From Lama guanicoe (Eukaryota), in NCBI GenBank assembly GCA_013239625.1, contig MU053379.1, positions 2,462,866-2,526,865 on the forward strand: a stretch of 64,000 nt of DNA, written 5' to 3'. Shown one piece after another: positions 38,401 to 47,647 of this stretch. How positions within the stretch are numbered: the stretch's first letter is position 1; each line of letters starts with the position of its first letter. A program made the position numbers and the translations under genes. The notes under the pieces were generated by a model. That model was not told the origin of the DNA and ran no database searches. It was given only the letters and a program-made list of their open reading frames with translations.

Positions 38401-41400
38401 CCTCTGTAGAACACAGCGGTCCCTGCATCGCAGGGCTGTCGTGGGAATGAAATGACAGTACCCGCGCGGTGCTCAGAATGGAGCCTGGCACACAGTGAGC
38501 ACTGTAAATGCTTTTGTCAAACTAGTAACATCAAAATGAGCAGTCTTGACCAAGACCTTAAACCTGCAGAGGGAAGGGGAGCCTTGCGTCCCGCAGCGGT
38601 CGTGTTCTGTGAAGTCACGCCGCCACCGCCAGCGGAGAGCACCGAACCACCGCCGCAGGGAGGCGCGGCTCACACGTGCACGTCGCGCGTGGGCTGTGGT
38701 CCTCAATCCTAAAGACAGCTAATGCTGGTAGCTTCTACTTCATTTTATAAAAGAGAAAACAAGCTTCAGAAGTCTTCAGTGACTTGCCCGGGGCCACCCA
38801 CTACGCAGCCCCCGCCAACTGGCCCCAGAGCCCACCCGTCCTGCTTTGCGCTGCACCACCCCTCCCGTCCCCCGCCCAGGTAACCTCTGCCTGAGAGCAG
38901 ACAAGACAGCAGGTGGTCGTTTTGTTTGTCCTCAACTGGGACCATGTGCCTCGGCTGATTCAAGTTTTCTGTCACTCTGAGCTTGTGTGCCAACAACTGC
39001 CAATGGGACGCCAGTACTGATTTTGGGATTACAAATAAGTTTTAGCAGGTAGAAGTCACAGATTATAAAGTCAACCACTTCCACTGCTGCGAGCGCTGTC
39101 CCGTGTCATCATCCCCTCCTCACAGCCAGCCCGCAGTGGGGGTTTTCACTCCGTCCTTAAAGACGAGGACATCAGGGCACAGGCAGTCACTCCCGACGCG
39201 CTGAGGTCCCCAGGCAGTCATCAGCAAACCTCTGGACAGACTCCGGTAAGAGTGCTAATAACATACGTCCCAGAAAAAAGCAGGCCTGGCTGCAGTGGCC
39301 AGGGCCCCAGCAGGTCATCTTCCTCAAGGAACCACAGTGTTAGCGCCAAAATACAAACAAACCCAGTCTCCCTGGAAGAGACCCAACTGCCCAGCCCACA
39401 GATTTACCCCGCCCAACCTGAGTCCTAGAACACACGCACGCAGTTCAGGAAGCAGGTGAAATGCACCCCTGACTTCTAGGCCAACATCAAGGACCAGGCG
39501 TCGCAGCCAGGACCACCCCTCCTCCGAGAACAGCACCCAGGACCCTACGGGCGCCACGCAGCCCTCGTCCAAAGGATATATCGCTCGTAGATGGCACGGG
39601 CGCGGTCCACCTCCTTGTACCGCAGCTCGAAGTTGATGTAGGAGTGCCAGGCCTGCTCCTCCGGCTGCCACTCCATCCAGCGCTCGAACACCTGCCGGGC
39701 GCCGGCAACGTTCCCCAGCATCTCCTCCATGTACGTGTACTTGTACCTTCAACAAACCACCCGCAACGCCCTCCCTGTCAAGATGACCTCAGGAAGAGAC
39801 GGCCTTTGGCAGCTTCTAGCTCTGAACTTGTTAACCGTGAGGTAGGTTTAGGGCTGTATCTCCTCTGAAGGTTAAGTCAACACGCTTTCTTTTTAAAATA
39901 CAAATTCGAAAAAGATGAATCATTGGAAAATAGGGTACTTTTTTCTCAAAAACTACTTAGTTCAACAAGAAGTTTCTCATGCATAAAAGTTGCGACCAAA
40001 ATTTTAGGGTTTTTTTTAAATTTTAGTTTTTTAAATTTTTATTTATGTATTTAATTTTGGGGAAGGGAGGTAATTAGGTTATTTATTTACTCATCTTTAA
40101 TGGAGGTGCTGGGGATTGAACCCAGGACCTTGTGCATGCTAGGCACACACTCTGCCACTGAGCTGTACCCTCCCCCATTAATTTTAGTTTTGATGACACA
40201 GCTATTACACATTGTGATTATGGCTTAACAGACTAAAAGACATTAAAAAGTACTGATAGTATGTTTAAAGAAAAACTTGGATGTAAGGTTAAAAATATAC
40301 GATTACAACTATGTACATAAAATAAATACACAAAAGCACAGAACTTCATAGTCCTCAAAAGGCCATTTCGTTAGGTCAGAAACTTACCAGAACTGGTTGA
40401 CCCGAGGCAGAGTCGTGATGGCCCGGTCCCAGATATTTCGGGCGTGGTTCACCTGGCGATTCTTCATTTCCATTTCTGCATATTTCAGCCAGAGTGTGAT
40501 ATTCCGATAGTCCACATCCAAAGCACGTTCGTAGATGGATCGAGCCCTTGAGATGCAAGATTTGGAGGGTGTTAAAAGCAGTACGTGCATGCAACACACG
40601 TGGCCAATTGTGTGAAACCGTCTGCGGAGCTCTGCTACTGTCAGCGTTGCCTGTGAGCCGGTTCTGAGTGTGGGGAGGGGAAAAGATGCCACGTTCTCAG
40701 GAATCTTACAAAGACTTAGGGAAGGACTGACATGCACGTCATTGCAATGCGGTGTGACCAACGTTACAGGCAAGACCTGCATCAAGTAGAGGGGAAGAAA
40801 TAAAAATGTCTGGTGGCAAAGACTAAGCAGTAGGTGAGAACTTGAGGAAAGTTCCAGAGGCCAAGGTGCGTGGGGAGGGTGCTCGCGCCAGGGAGAGAAC
40901 AGCCAAGGGCCAGGGGAGGACACAGGCTGTGTTCAGGGAGGCACAGCGAGGGCCAGGTGCACTGGGAGGACGCAGGGAGGCTGGACAACAGGAAGGGTCA
41001 GGTCGTGGTTTTCATCTTGTTGGCCACTGGGTCTCAGTGGATCAATTTTTATTAAAAAAAAAAATCCCAATATAGAGAAAGCAGATGAACCTGCACCTCT
41101 GGCTGTGGAGTGGGTGCGGGTGGGGAAGCCCAGCCGCAGGGCCTCCAGCCCACCCCCTACCCAGGACAGTCCTCCCACAGTGGTCCCTGAGGTCCCCGAA
41201 GGAGCCTTGGGGTTCCACGGAACAAACTGAGAATTGTCACCCGAGGCTCTTACTCGAGCCTTTTCCATGTTTCTGTATCTGGTGACTTACGAATCTCCAC
41301 ACACACCATCCCATGCTGGTTAATCTTACCTCTGAATCTCCTTTAGACTCTCCTCCCATTGTGCGTATTTTATCCAGTTACTAATCACAGTCCTGTTTTT

Positions 41401-44003
41401 CCTTATGTTATCTTCAAAAGTCTGGCAAAAGACAGAGAGTCAAATTAAAAGGAAAATGACTAAAAATGGCATCAGCTTTTGTCTGTTAATCCTTGTACTA
41501 AGAAGGTTATTCATTTTGTTCTTATTTAAAAGAAATCACATCCTGGAATCCTTGAGAAAGAAGAACCCCACTGAAGAAGGTTACAGTCACAAGTGTTTAA
41601 AAGTCTTATACGCAAACAAAGAGAAAAACTTTAGGAAGAAAGAACGATTAGCAGAATTGTTGATATTTTCTTATTGTCCATAACAAGTGATATTTTAATA
41701 GGCTCTACACTTGTTCCTAAGGAGACAACATTTTTGACTACTTAGGTCCTCTCAGTAATGTCTCAGAAAGCCATACAGAACTCACTGAGAGGTTTAAAAC
41801 AACCCCCACCCCAGGGCGAGGCGGCGGTCAGGTCAGAACCCCAGGTCCTCTTAGGGCTCCTCTGCAGGTTCCACTACTTCACACAGAAGGCGCTACACAC
41901 GGGGGCACCCAGCGCGACCTCGCCGTGCCCACCCTCCTCCAGCCGTCAGCTGTTCGGCCTGTTAAACTTCCGCCCATCTTTAATTCCACACTGAAAATCT
42001 GTCTCTGGTGGATTTAATCTCTTTATACTTTAAGACAGACAACTCATGGCAGGTTTTATAAAGTTCAGCAAAATGCAATCATCTGGTAACCAGAAGCTAC
42101 ATTACTCACGTGGCTAGAACCACTAACCTTTTATCTTACCATCTCTCTAACCAGTGACGACCTTTTCCATCTCTGACCTATGAACTCCCCACCATGTCAA
42201 CAGACTGATGGGTCCTGCAGTGACTGACCTTCCTCTTCCTGAGTTTGTAATCATTTAATTCTTCTTCATCGGTGATCTTCTGTTGAGGGGGAGGTGGAAG
42301 GAGCTCAAGCTCCCTTTCCTTAGCTTCTCTCAGAAGCTGCTCCGCAGTTATCTGCACCTCAGCGGGGGCTTTGTTTTTCACCTTTTAAGACAGAAGACAG
42401 TCCTATTTTTAGTAGATGCTCTTCACACAAGGTTTAAGAAACAAATGACATTTTTTTTAGGATGTGAACTTTACAAACATTATAACAAGATGTGCTCTTT
42501 GCATGACAAGGTCCCTTTTCTCTATCAAACTAAATATATTTAAAAAATTTTTGTTTTCTATCTTTGTATTTATTACAAAGCCATAGGTAGAAGTCTCAAG
42601 AGAAAAGGTAGCCAAAACAGCAAGTTTTCCCTTTTAGAATTGTATAATGATAAACTTTGAGGCTGCCTAAGGAAAATTCTCACCAGAGGTTCTGTTTTGT
42701 CAGGATGTGGGGCCATATCTGATCTAGCATTTCAACCTCTATTTACAGAATCCTTCAAATTATGCCCCAGGTAGATAACTGCACTCGATTTTTCATGGCA
42801 TTTCAAGTCAAAGACATATTCAGTAAGTTCCCATCATTAAGACTGTAAGCTTCTTAAGGTCTTAGAGCTGTGCTGTCCAACACAGTAACCATGAACCACA
42901 TGTGATGAGTCCAAACTGGGATCAGCTGTGTATGTAAAACACACACTGGATTTTGAAGGCTTAGTGGGAAAAAAAGAAAAAACTACCTAATCAGAATATT
43001 AACATTGATTACATGTTGCAACGCCAGTATCTTGAATATACTAGGTTAAATAAAATAAATAATTGAAATTAACATCACCTGTTTTGACTTTTTACTGTAG
43101 CTTTGAGAAAACTTAAAGTCACATGTGGCTCACGTTATATTTCTACTGAACCCGTGGAGCCCAATAAAAGTTTATGGAATTGAATTATAAGAAATATTAT
43201 TTATTGCCCTGTGTGGAATGATGACGGTAATAATGGTGATAGCTCATGTCTAACGAGTATTAAGTGCCAGGCACTGAGCTATGTGCTTTAAATGCACTAT
43301 CGCCGGGAGTCATCTAAATGGTAAGTAAAGGACAGGCTCGAGAGAGCCTTCTGGGCTGCAGAAACGGACCCGAGGGAGAGTAAAGGCTTAGCATAGAGCC
43401 TGTCATATATCAAGCACTCGGCAAGTACTAGCCACCGATGGAAAAACCAGATCCTATCAGACTTCTGGTTTAATCAACTTAAACGATGCCAGCACACAGC
43501 TCTTGTCATCTACTCTCGCTCCTTCCACTCTCAACTGGGCTAACTCCTATTAGCCTTCAAGGGTCAGCTTAACTATCACTTCTCAGCAAAGTGAATCCGG
43601 AGACTCCTCGCTCAAGCCCAGTATCCCATGGCATATTCCACTTGGCCTCACTGGCACTTGGCAAGGCTGCAATTTTACACTTCCTAGTGTCTGATTTGAG
43701 AGCTCCCCAGCGCCTAGCGCGCCGCCTAGCTCAGCTGAGCTGCGTGGAATGACCCGATTCCTGCCGCCGCATAAACACCTGCCCAGACCGCGGACGCGGG
43801 GTGCGCGTCCCACCCGCTGACCCTCCCCCTCGCGGCCCCGCACGGGGCGGGCAGGCTTCCGGGACCACACGCCCTCCCGCCCCGCGCAACACGGAGGCCG
43901 GGCCACCCTCTCTCCCAGGCCTCCTCCCACAAGGCCCCTCGCCGCCGCCTACCTTGGCCACCTTGGGGATCCTCTGCTTCCCTGCTGCGGTGGAGGCCGC
44001 CAT
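29271..44003 (-). CDS. CRNKL1: Crooked neck pre-mRNA splicing factor 1 (HAT-repeat NTC/PRP19-complex protein), complete spliced CDS, 693 aa
   Basis: 14 exons totalling 2082 nt in one frame: [39 protein letters not shown]...[13 protein letters not shown]...SGPC*. HAT repeats (ARxIYERA, WxKYAxFE). The model requires an AT-AC intron 5 and a GA-AG intron 8. Confidence 0.95.
30231..30479 (-). CDS. CRNKL1: CRNKL1 exon 13
   Basis: [16 protein letters not shown]...[14 protein letters not shown] acceptor, GTAAG donor. Confidence 0.96.
30923..31024 (-). CDS. CRNKL1: CRNKL1 exon 12
   Basis: [34 protein letters not shown]. Confidence 0.95.
31533..31835 (+). repeat. G-rich minisatellite, ~16 degenerate units of (G)nAGCTGCAGTCT
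   Basis: Repeated gggagctgcagtctgggg units of ~16-21 nt in CRNKL1 intron 11. Confidence 0.9.
32395..32634 (-). CDS. CRNKL1: CRNKL1 exon 11
   Basis: [30 protein letters not shown]...QPRLDMPE. Confidence 0.96.
33394..33474 (-). CDS. CRNKL1: CRNKL1 exon 10
   Basis: [27 protein letters not shown]. Confidence 0.95.
34051..34110 (-). CDS. CRNKL1: CRNKL1 exon 9
   Basis: [20 protein letters not shown]. Confidence 0.95.
34725..34916 (-). CDS. CRNKL1: CRNKL1 exon 8 (donor reads GA, not GT)
   Basis: [32 protein letters not shown]...YEELEAK, then intron start GAGGGAG. Confidence 0.9.
36316..36486 (-). CDS. CRNKL1: CRNKL1 exon 7
   Basis: [57 protein letters not shown]. Confidence 0.96.
37561..37739 (-). 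CDS. CRNKL1: CRNKL1 exon 6
   Basis: (F)[23 protein letters not shown]...[10 protein letters not shown]; preceded by an AC acceptor. Confidence 0.95.
37740..39579 (-). other. CRNKL1: U12-type AT-AC intron
   Basis: Minus strand: 5' splice site ATATCCTTT (39579-39571), branch point TTCTTTAAC (37759-37751), terminal AC (37741-37740). Splicing restores ...YER-F-VLVHP. Confidence 0.95.
39580..39746 (-). CDS. CRNKL1: CRNKL1 exon 5
   Basis: [55 protein letters not shown]. Confidence 0.95.
40031..40176 (-). mobile_element. tRNA-derived SINE (camelid vic-1-like)
   Basis: Minus strand GGGGAGGGTACAGCTCAGTGG (A box)...GGTTCAATCCC (B box)...A-rich tail. Candidate TSD AATTTTAGTTTT at 40019-40030 and 40180-40191. 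Confidence 0.85.
40388..40546 (-). CDS. CRNKL1: CRNKL1 exon 4
   Basis: [52 protein letters not shown]. Confidence 0.96.
41330..41421 (-). CDS. CRNKL1: CRNKL1 exon 3
   Basis: [30 protein letters not shown]. Confidence 0.95.
42229..42381 (-). CDS. CRNKL1: CRNKL1 exon 2
   Basis: [51 protein letters not shown]. Confidence 0.96.
42866..43150. mobile_element. MER33/MER3-like hAT relic
   Basis: 'agctgtgctgtccaacacagtaacc...acatgtggctcacgttatatttctactg'. Confidence 0.65.
43953..44003 (-). CDS. CRNKL1: CRNKL1 exon 1 (coding part)
   Basis: Kozak [29 protein letters not shown]. Confidence 0.95.
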
Positions 44004-44139
44004 GGCTGTAACAGCAGCCCTCGGGCGAGCCCTGGACTCCGGAAATTGACCCTGAGGGCTCGCCCGCTCAGCAAAGCTATCCAACAACAAGAGGGACTCC
44101 GAGACCGGAAGCGGAATTGGCCTCTGTGACCTTTGACCT

Positions 44140-44237
44140 CCTGCGCCGTGACGAGACAACGTCGTTTCTGTGGTAACCGGGCTGCGCGTCCTCTTCGGAG
44201 CAGGAGTTGGAGCACCGCGTCTGGAGTTGCAGGGGAG
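44140..44237 (+). other. CFAP61: Probable non-coding first exon of CFAP61 (start approximate)
   Basis: Strong donor GAG|GTGAGT at 44237/44238 inside the CpG island. The next acceptor, at 47495-47496, precedes the ATG. Confidence 0.6.
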
Positions 44238-45472
44238 GTGAGTTGTACCGGTTGTCGCGCAAGGAGGCGGGTCGGGTCCGAGGCGGGTCGGGTCCAGGAC
44301 GTCAGGGGCGCCTGCCCAGGTAGTCTCCGGGAGGGGGATGACCGTGTGGGGACAAGTGGATCTGTGGAGCCGTGGCACTGGCAAGGGGATCGGAACCGAG
44401 CTCCGGTCCGGATGCCCGAGGGCGGGGAAGAGAGGCAGGCCAGAAAACTACCACTCCCGGCATGCCAAGGGGCGAGCCGTTGTGGTCCTAGGCGGCCCGG
44501 CGCCGCGGTGCATTCTAGGACTTGTAGTCTCCGAAGGCCACGCACCCTTGGTTCCTGGACCGTTGTGACCAAATAGCACTAAGGCTAGTAATTAAAAATA
44601 ACAGAAGGTATTTTAAAGCCAAGAAGTAGAAAAAAGTGAAAATAGATCATCAGAGTACTAGCAAATAAGTCAGCCTTGTCAGATAAACAGATTTTTAAAC
44701 TTTCTGAGACTATGTCTTTGTTTCGTAAATTCTCTTAGCCCCAACGCCCTTATCTATAGGACGAAAATAACATCTCACCAGGATTAAAGAGAAAATCCAT
44801 GTAAAGTGCTCAGTAAATGTTAGCTGGTAAAGTTCTTGACCTGCCTTCAAAACCAAAAATTAATTATGTGCACGCAAATGGTAAAAAGAATTTTTTTTAA
44901 AAAAATGACTTTATTTTTTTAGATCTTTGGATTTTTTTCACTGAAAAAATTGAATGAAAGATACATAAAATTCCCATTTCTCCTGTCCTCCAGCCCCAGG
45001 TGCCCCACTATCAATATCCATCACCAGAGTAGTACATTTCTTATAGTCGATGACCCAGCATTGACATCACACATCATCCTCACCCAATGTTCATAGTTTA
45101 CATAAGGGTTCACTCTTTGGTGAGGATGATGTGTGATATATAACTCCCCGAAGTGTGCAGATCATTTCTGATTTACAGATGAGGAAACAGGCACAGCGAG
45201 TTTAAGTAACTTGCTCATACAATTAATAGGCGATAGAAGCTGGGTCCCAGCCCAGGTACTCTGATCCTACAGCCTGTGCTCTTGACCGCAGCCCCATGTA
45301 GGGCACCTTCAGATGGTCAGGCTTTCCAAGTAGTCGGTCTCCAAAGAGAGAGTATGTGAGAGACTTTGCTGTGGCAGGGGTGGAGGCCAACCTCACCTAG
45401 GGAAAAGTTTAATTATGTCTGCAGAGTGTGAAAAATATTTTGAGCCAATATATTAAATCTTGGAGATGTTAT

Positions 45473-45618
45473 GTATGGTGTTTGTCATTTGTTTGTTTTG
45501 TTTTTTGGAGGGAGGCAATTAGGTTCATTTATTTATTTTTAATGGAGGTACTGGGGATTGAACCCAGGACCTTGTGTGTGCTAAGCACACACTCTATCAC
45601 TGAGTTATACCTTCCCCC
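45473..45618 (-). mobile_element. tRNA-derived SINE (camelid vic-1-like)
   Basis: Same family as the copy at 40031-40176. TSD GAGATGTTAT at 45463-45472 and 45620-45629. Confidence 0.88.
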
Positions 45619-47504
45619 AGAGATGTTATATAAATACTAAGGCTTTCTTCCTTTGCAAAACATGAAGATCTGCCGTTCTGAGCCCACATTTTCCCAAGGC
45701 AGCCCCTGGCTGGAACTGAGGGTATGTGAGTCCCCCTGTTCATCTCCATCACCCTGACAGCAAGGCTGTGAGACAGGGGCCTGTAGCCCCATGAGGTGGA
45801 GAGACAGTCCACACCACCCTATTCTGTCAGAGGAGAAGAAGTCAGACTTGCTTGTTAACTGTCTGGGCTACAGAAACATCTGGGCTGCCCGCTGTTGGCT
45901 TTCCCATCGGAGATGAATAAACTGGCATGGGAGACTTTCCTCTCAATTTCTGTGAGCTTGGACAAGGCAGGGCCACCCCAAGGGCTGGGTTTGCTTGGAG
46001 AGCACTGACAAACCTCCTTTTGTAAGCCTGTGAGGTTGAGGGTGGTGTGAATTCATCAAGTAGAAGGCGCTGGGTGAGGGTTCAGCACCTGTCCCCTTCC
46101 CTGGCACCCCTGCATCACCCTGCTCCTTGCACACATACCCACTGAGGACTGCGGTTAATCTGAACACTCTCAGACTGTGAGGGTAGGGGACCCTTACTCC
46201 CAGAGGCACCCTCAGGCCACATACACAGGGGTTGGGGGTGCAGAAGGAGATGCCCAAGTGGACACATGTGACCTGAGACAAGTCACTTCACCTCACAGGC
46301 CTCAGCTCCCTCATCTGACAAAGAAGGAGCTTGGCCCCAGGCTGTGTCAGGCCCTGTGATGCTCAAACTCTGGCACTTTGGCCAAGTAGAGAGTGTGCAA
46401 GAGTAGAGCTCAACCGCTAGAGCCCCAGGAAGCCCAGGGGCACAGCACTATGCTTCCAGAGGAGCCCTGCACACTGGAGAGCTCCACGTATCTGTGGCGC
46501 AAGACTGGCAAAGGTCATCCGTGCAGGGGAAGTGAGAGTGGCCGCCTTTGGGGGGACAAACCGACTGGGGGCTAAGAGGCCACCTTCCGGGGCGCTGGGG
46601 CACTCCCCCCGCTGTGCCCAGAGCCCGGACAGTGGCAAGTCAGCTGCCATGTCTTCATGCTTACTGGCCACTACATAAGAAGACGGTTTTTCTTCAGAAG
46701 CAAGAGGAGAGGAAAAAGGAGTGGAGGGAGGGAGTCGGGGAGGGAGGAAAGGACAGAGAGAGGAGGAGCAGGCACATGCACACTGAACACTGAGACGTCG
46801 AGGGAGATGGAAATCGCTGTGTGGCCTCCTGTCCATCAGCAGCCCCAGGGCGTCTTTCTGGAAGGTTAGACTCCACCTTTGCTGTCCTTAGAGATTCCTA
46901 TGAGACTGGCCGTGGGAAAGGCAGGGTCACACAAAGAGAGCAGGTGCTTTATTCTGGAGCTTCTCAGAGACTTTTCGCGGGCCCAGTGGCCGCTCAGGAA
47001 GGCCCTTGCAAGCAGCGTTTCTGCCACTGGTTTGACCACAGGACTCTTTTTGGCTCAAACTCTCTCTCAGGCCTGCTGCCCCTCAGGGCTCCACTCTGGG
47101 GGGCTCTGGAACCTTGGGGGCCTGACCACGTGCCGTGGTGGTTGGTTAAACATGAGGACCCTGAATCAACACATAATCCCTCTCAAGGTTTTTCAATCCT
47201 ATTGTTAGAATATTTTCAAGCTGCTTTCTGGGAAACAAAGAATTCAGTTGCAGACATCCCTAGACAGGCGAGTTCTCAGAAACATCGTTCTCCTGGAGGG
47301 AAACGTGTCAGCTGGCTTTCGGGGACAGTCGTCCCAGCCTGTCCCCAGGAGAAGATGTGTCCCACCAGCCCCTGAATGCCACGTTCACTCTGACCGCATG
47401 GAAACTGGGGGAATGTTCCGTCCTACAAGTACTGTGACCAGACTGGCTTGTCATCTCTGGCTAACGGTGGGCTGTTTTTCTCTCTTTTGGGGACAGGATA
47501 AAAA

Positions 47505-47647
47505 ATGTCGATACTCACTTCTCCAAGAGGAAAGGCGGAAGTGGTTCACTGCCGAAGAACACAGTCACACGATATTTACTGTATCAAAAACCTCATTAGA
47601 AAATTTACCCAGAAGCTGTTTGGGAATCTCAACGTCATCCATCTTCT
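47505..47647 (+). CDS. CFAP61: CFAP61 first coding exon (exon starts at 47497)
   Basis: MSILTSPRGKAEVVHCRRTQSHDIYCIKNLIRKFTQKLFGNLNVIHL; donor GTAAGT. Confidence 0.93.

Larger units (their letters stand above)
43700..44560. promoter_or_regulatory. Bidirectional CpG-island promoter of CRNKL1 (-) and CFAP61 (+)
   Basis: CpG-rich. ETS-like CCGGAAGCGGAA (~44105), RFX X-box GTTTCTGTGGTAAC (44164-44177), two ZNF143/SBS-like motifs (44447-44466 on +, 44509-44530 on -), and a YY1-like GCCGCCAT over the CRNKL1 start codon. Confidence 0.88.

Noticed and set aside
40075..40176. tRNA gene candidate (also ~45540-45618)
   Set aside because: The A-rich tail and TSDs show these are SINEs, not tRNA genes.
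43958..43965. Alternative in-frame donor AAG|GTGGCC 9 nt upstream of the CRNKL1 exon 1 donor
   Set aside because: Poor +3 to +6 match compared with GTAGGC; no evidence of use.
43731..44384. 217-aa minus-strand ORF in frame with CRNKL1 exon 1
   Set aside because: No upstream ATG start, and it runs through the promoter. Homology to the human extension is split over several frames.
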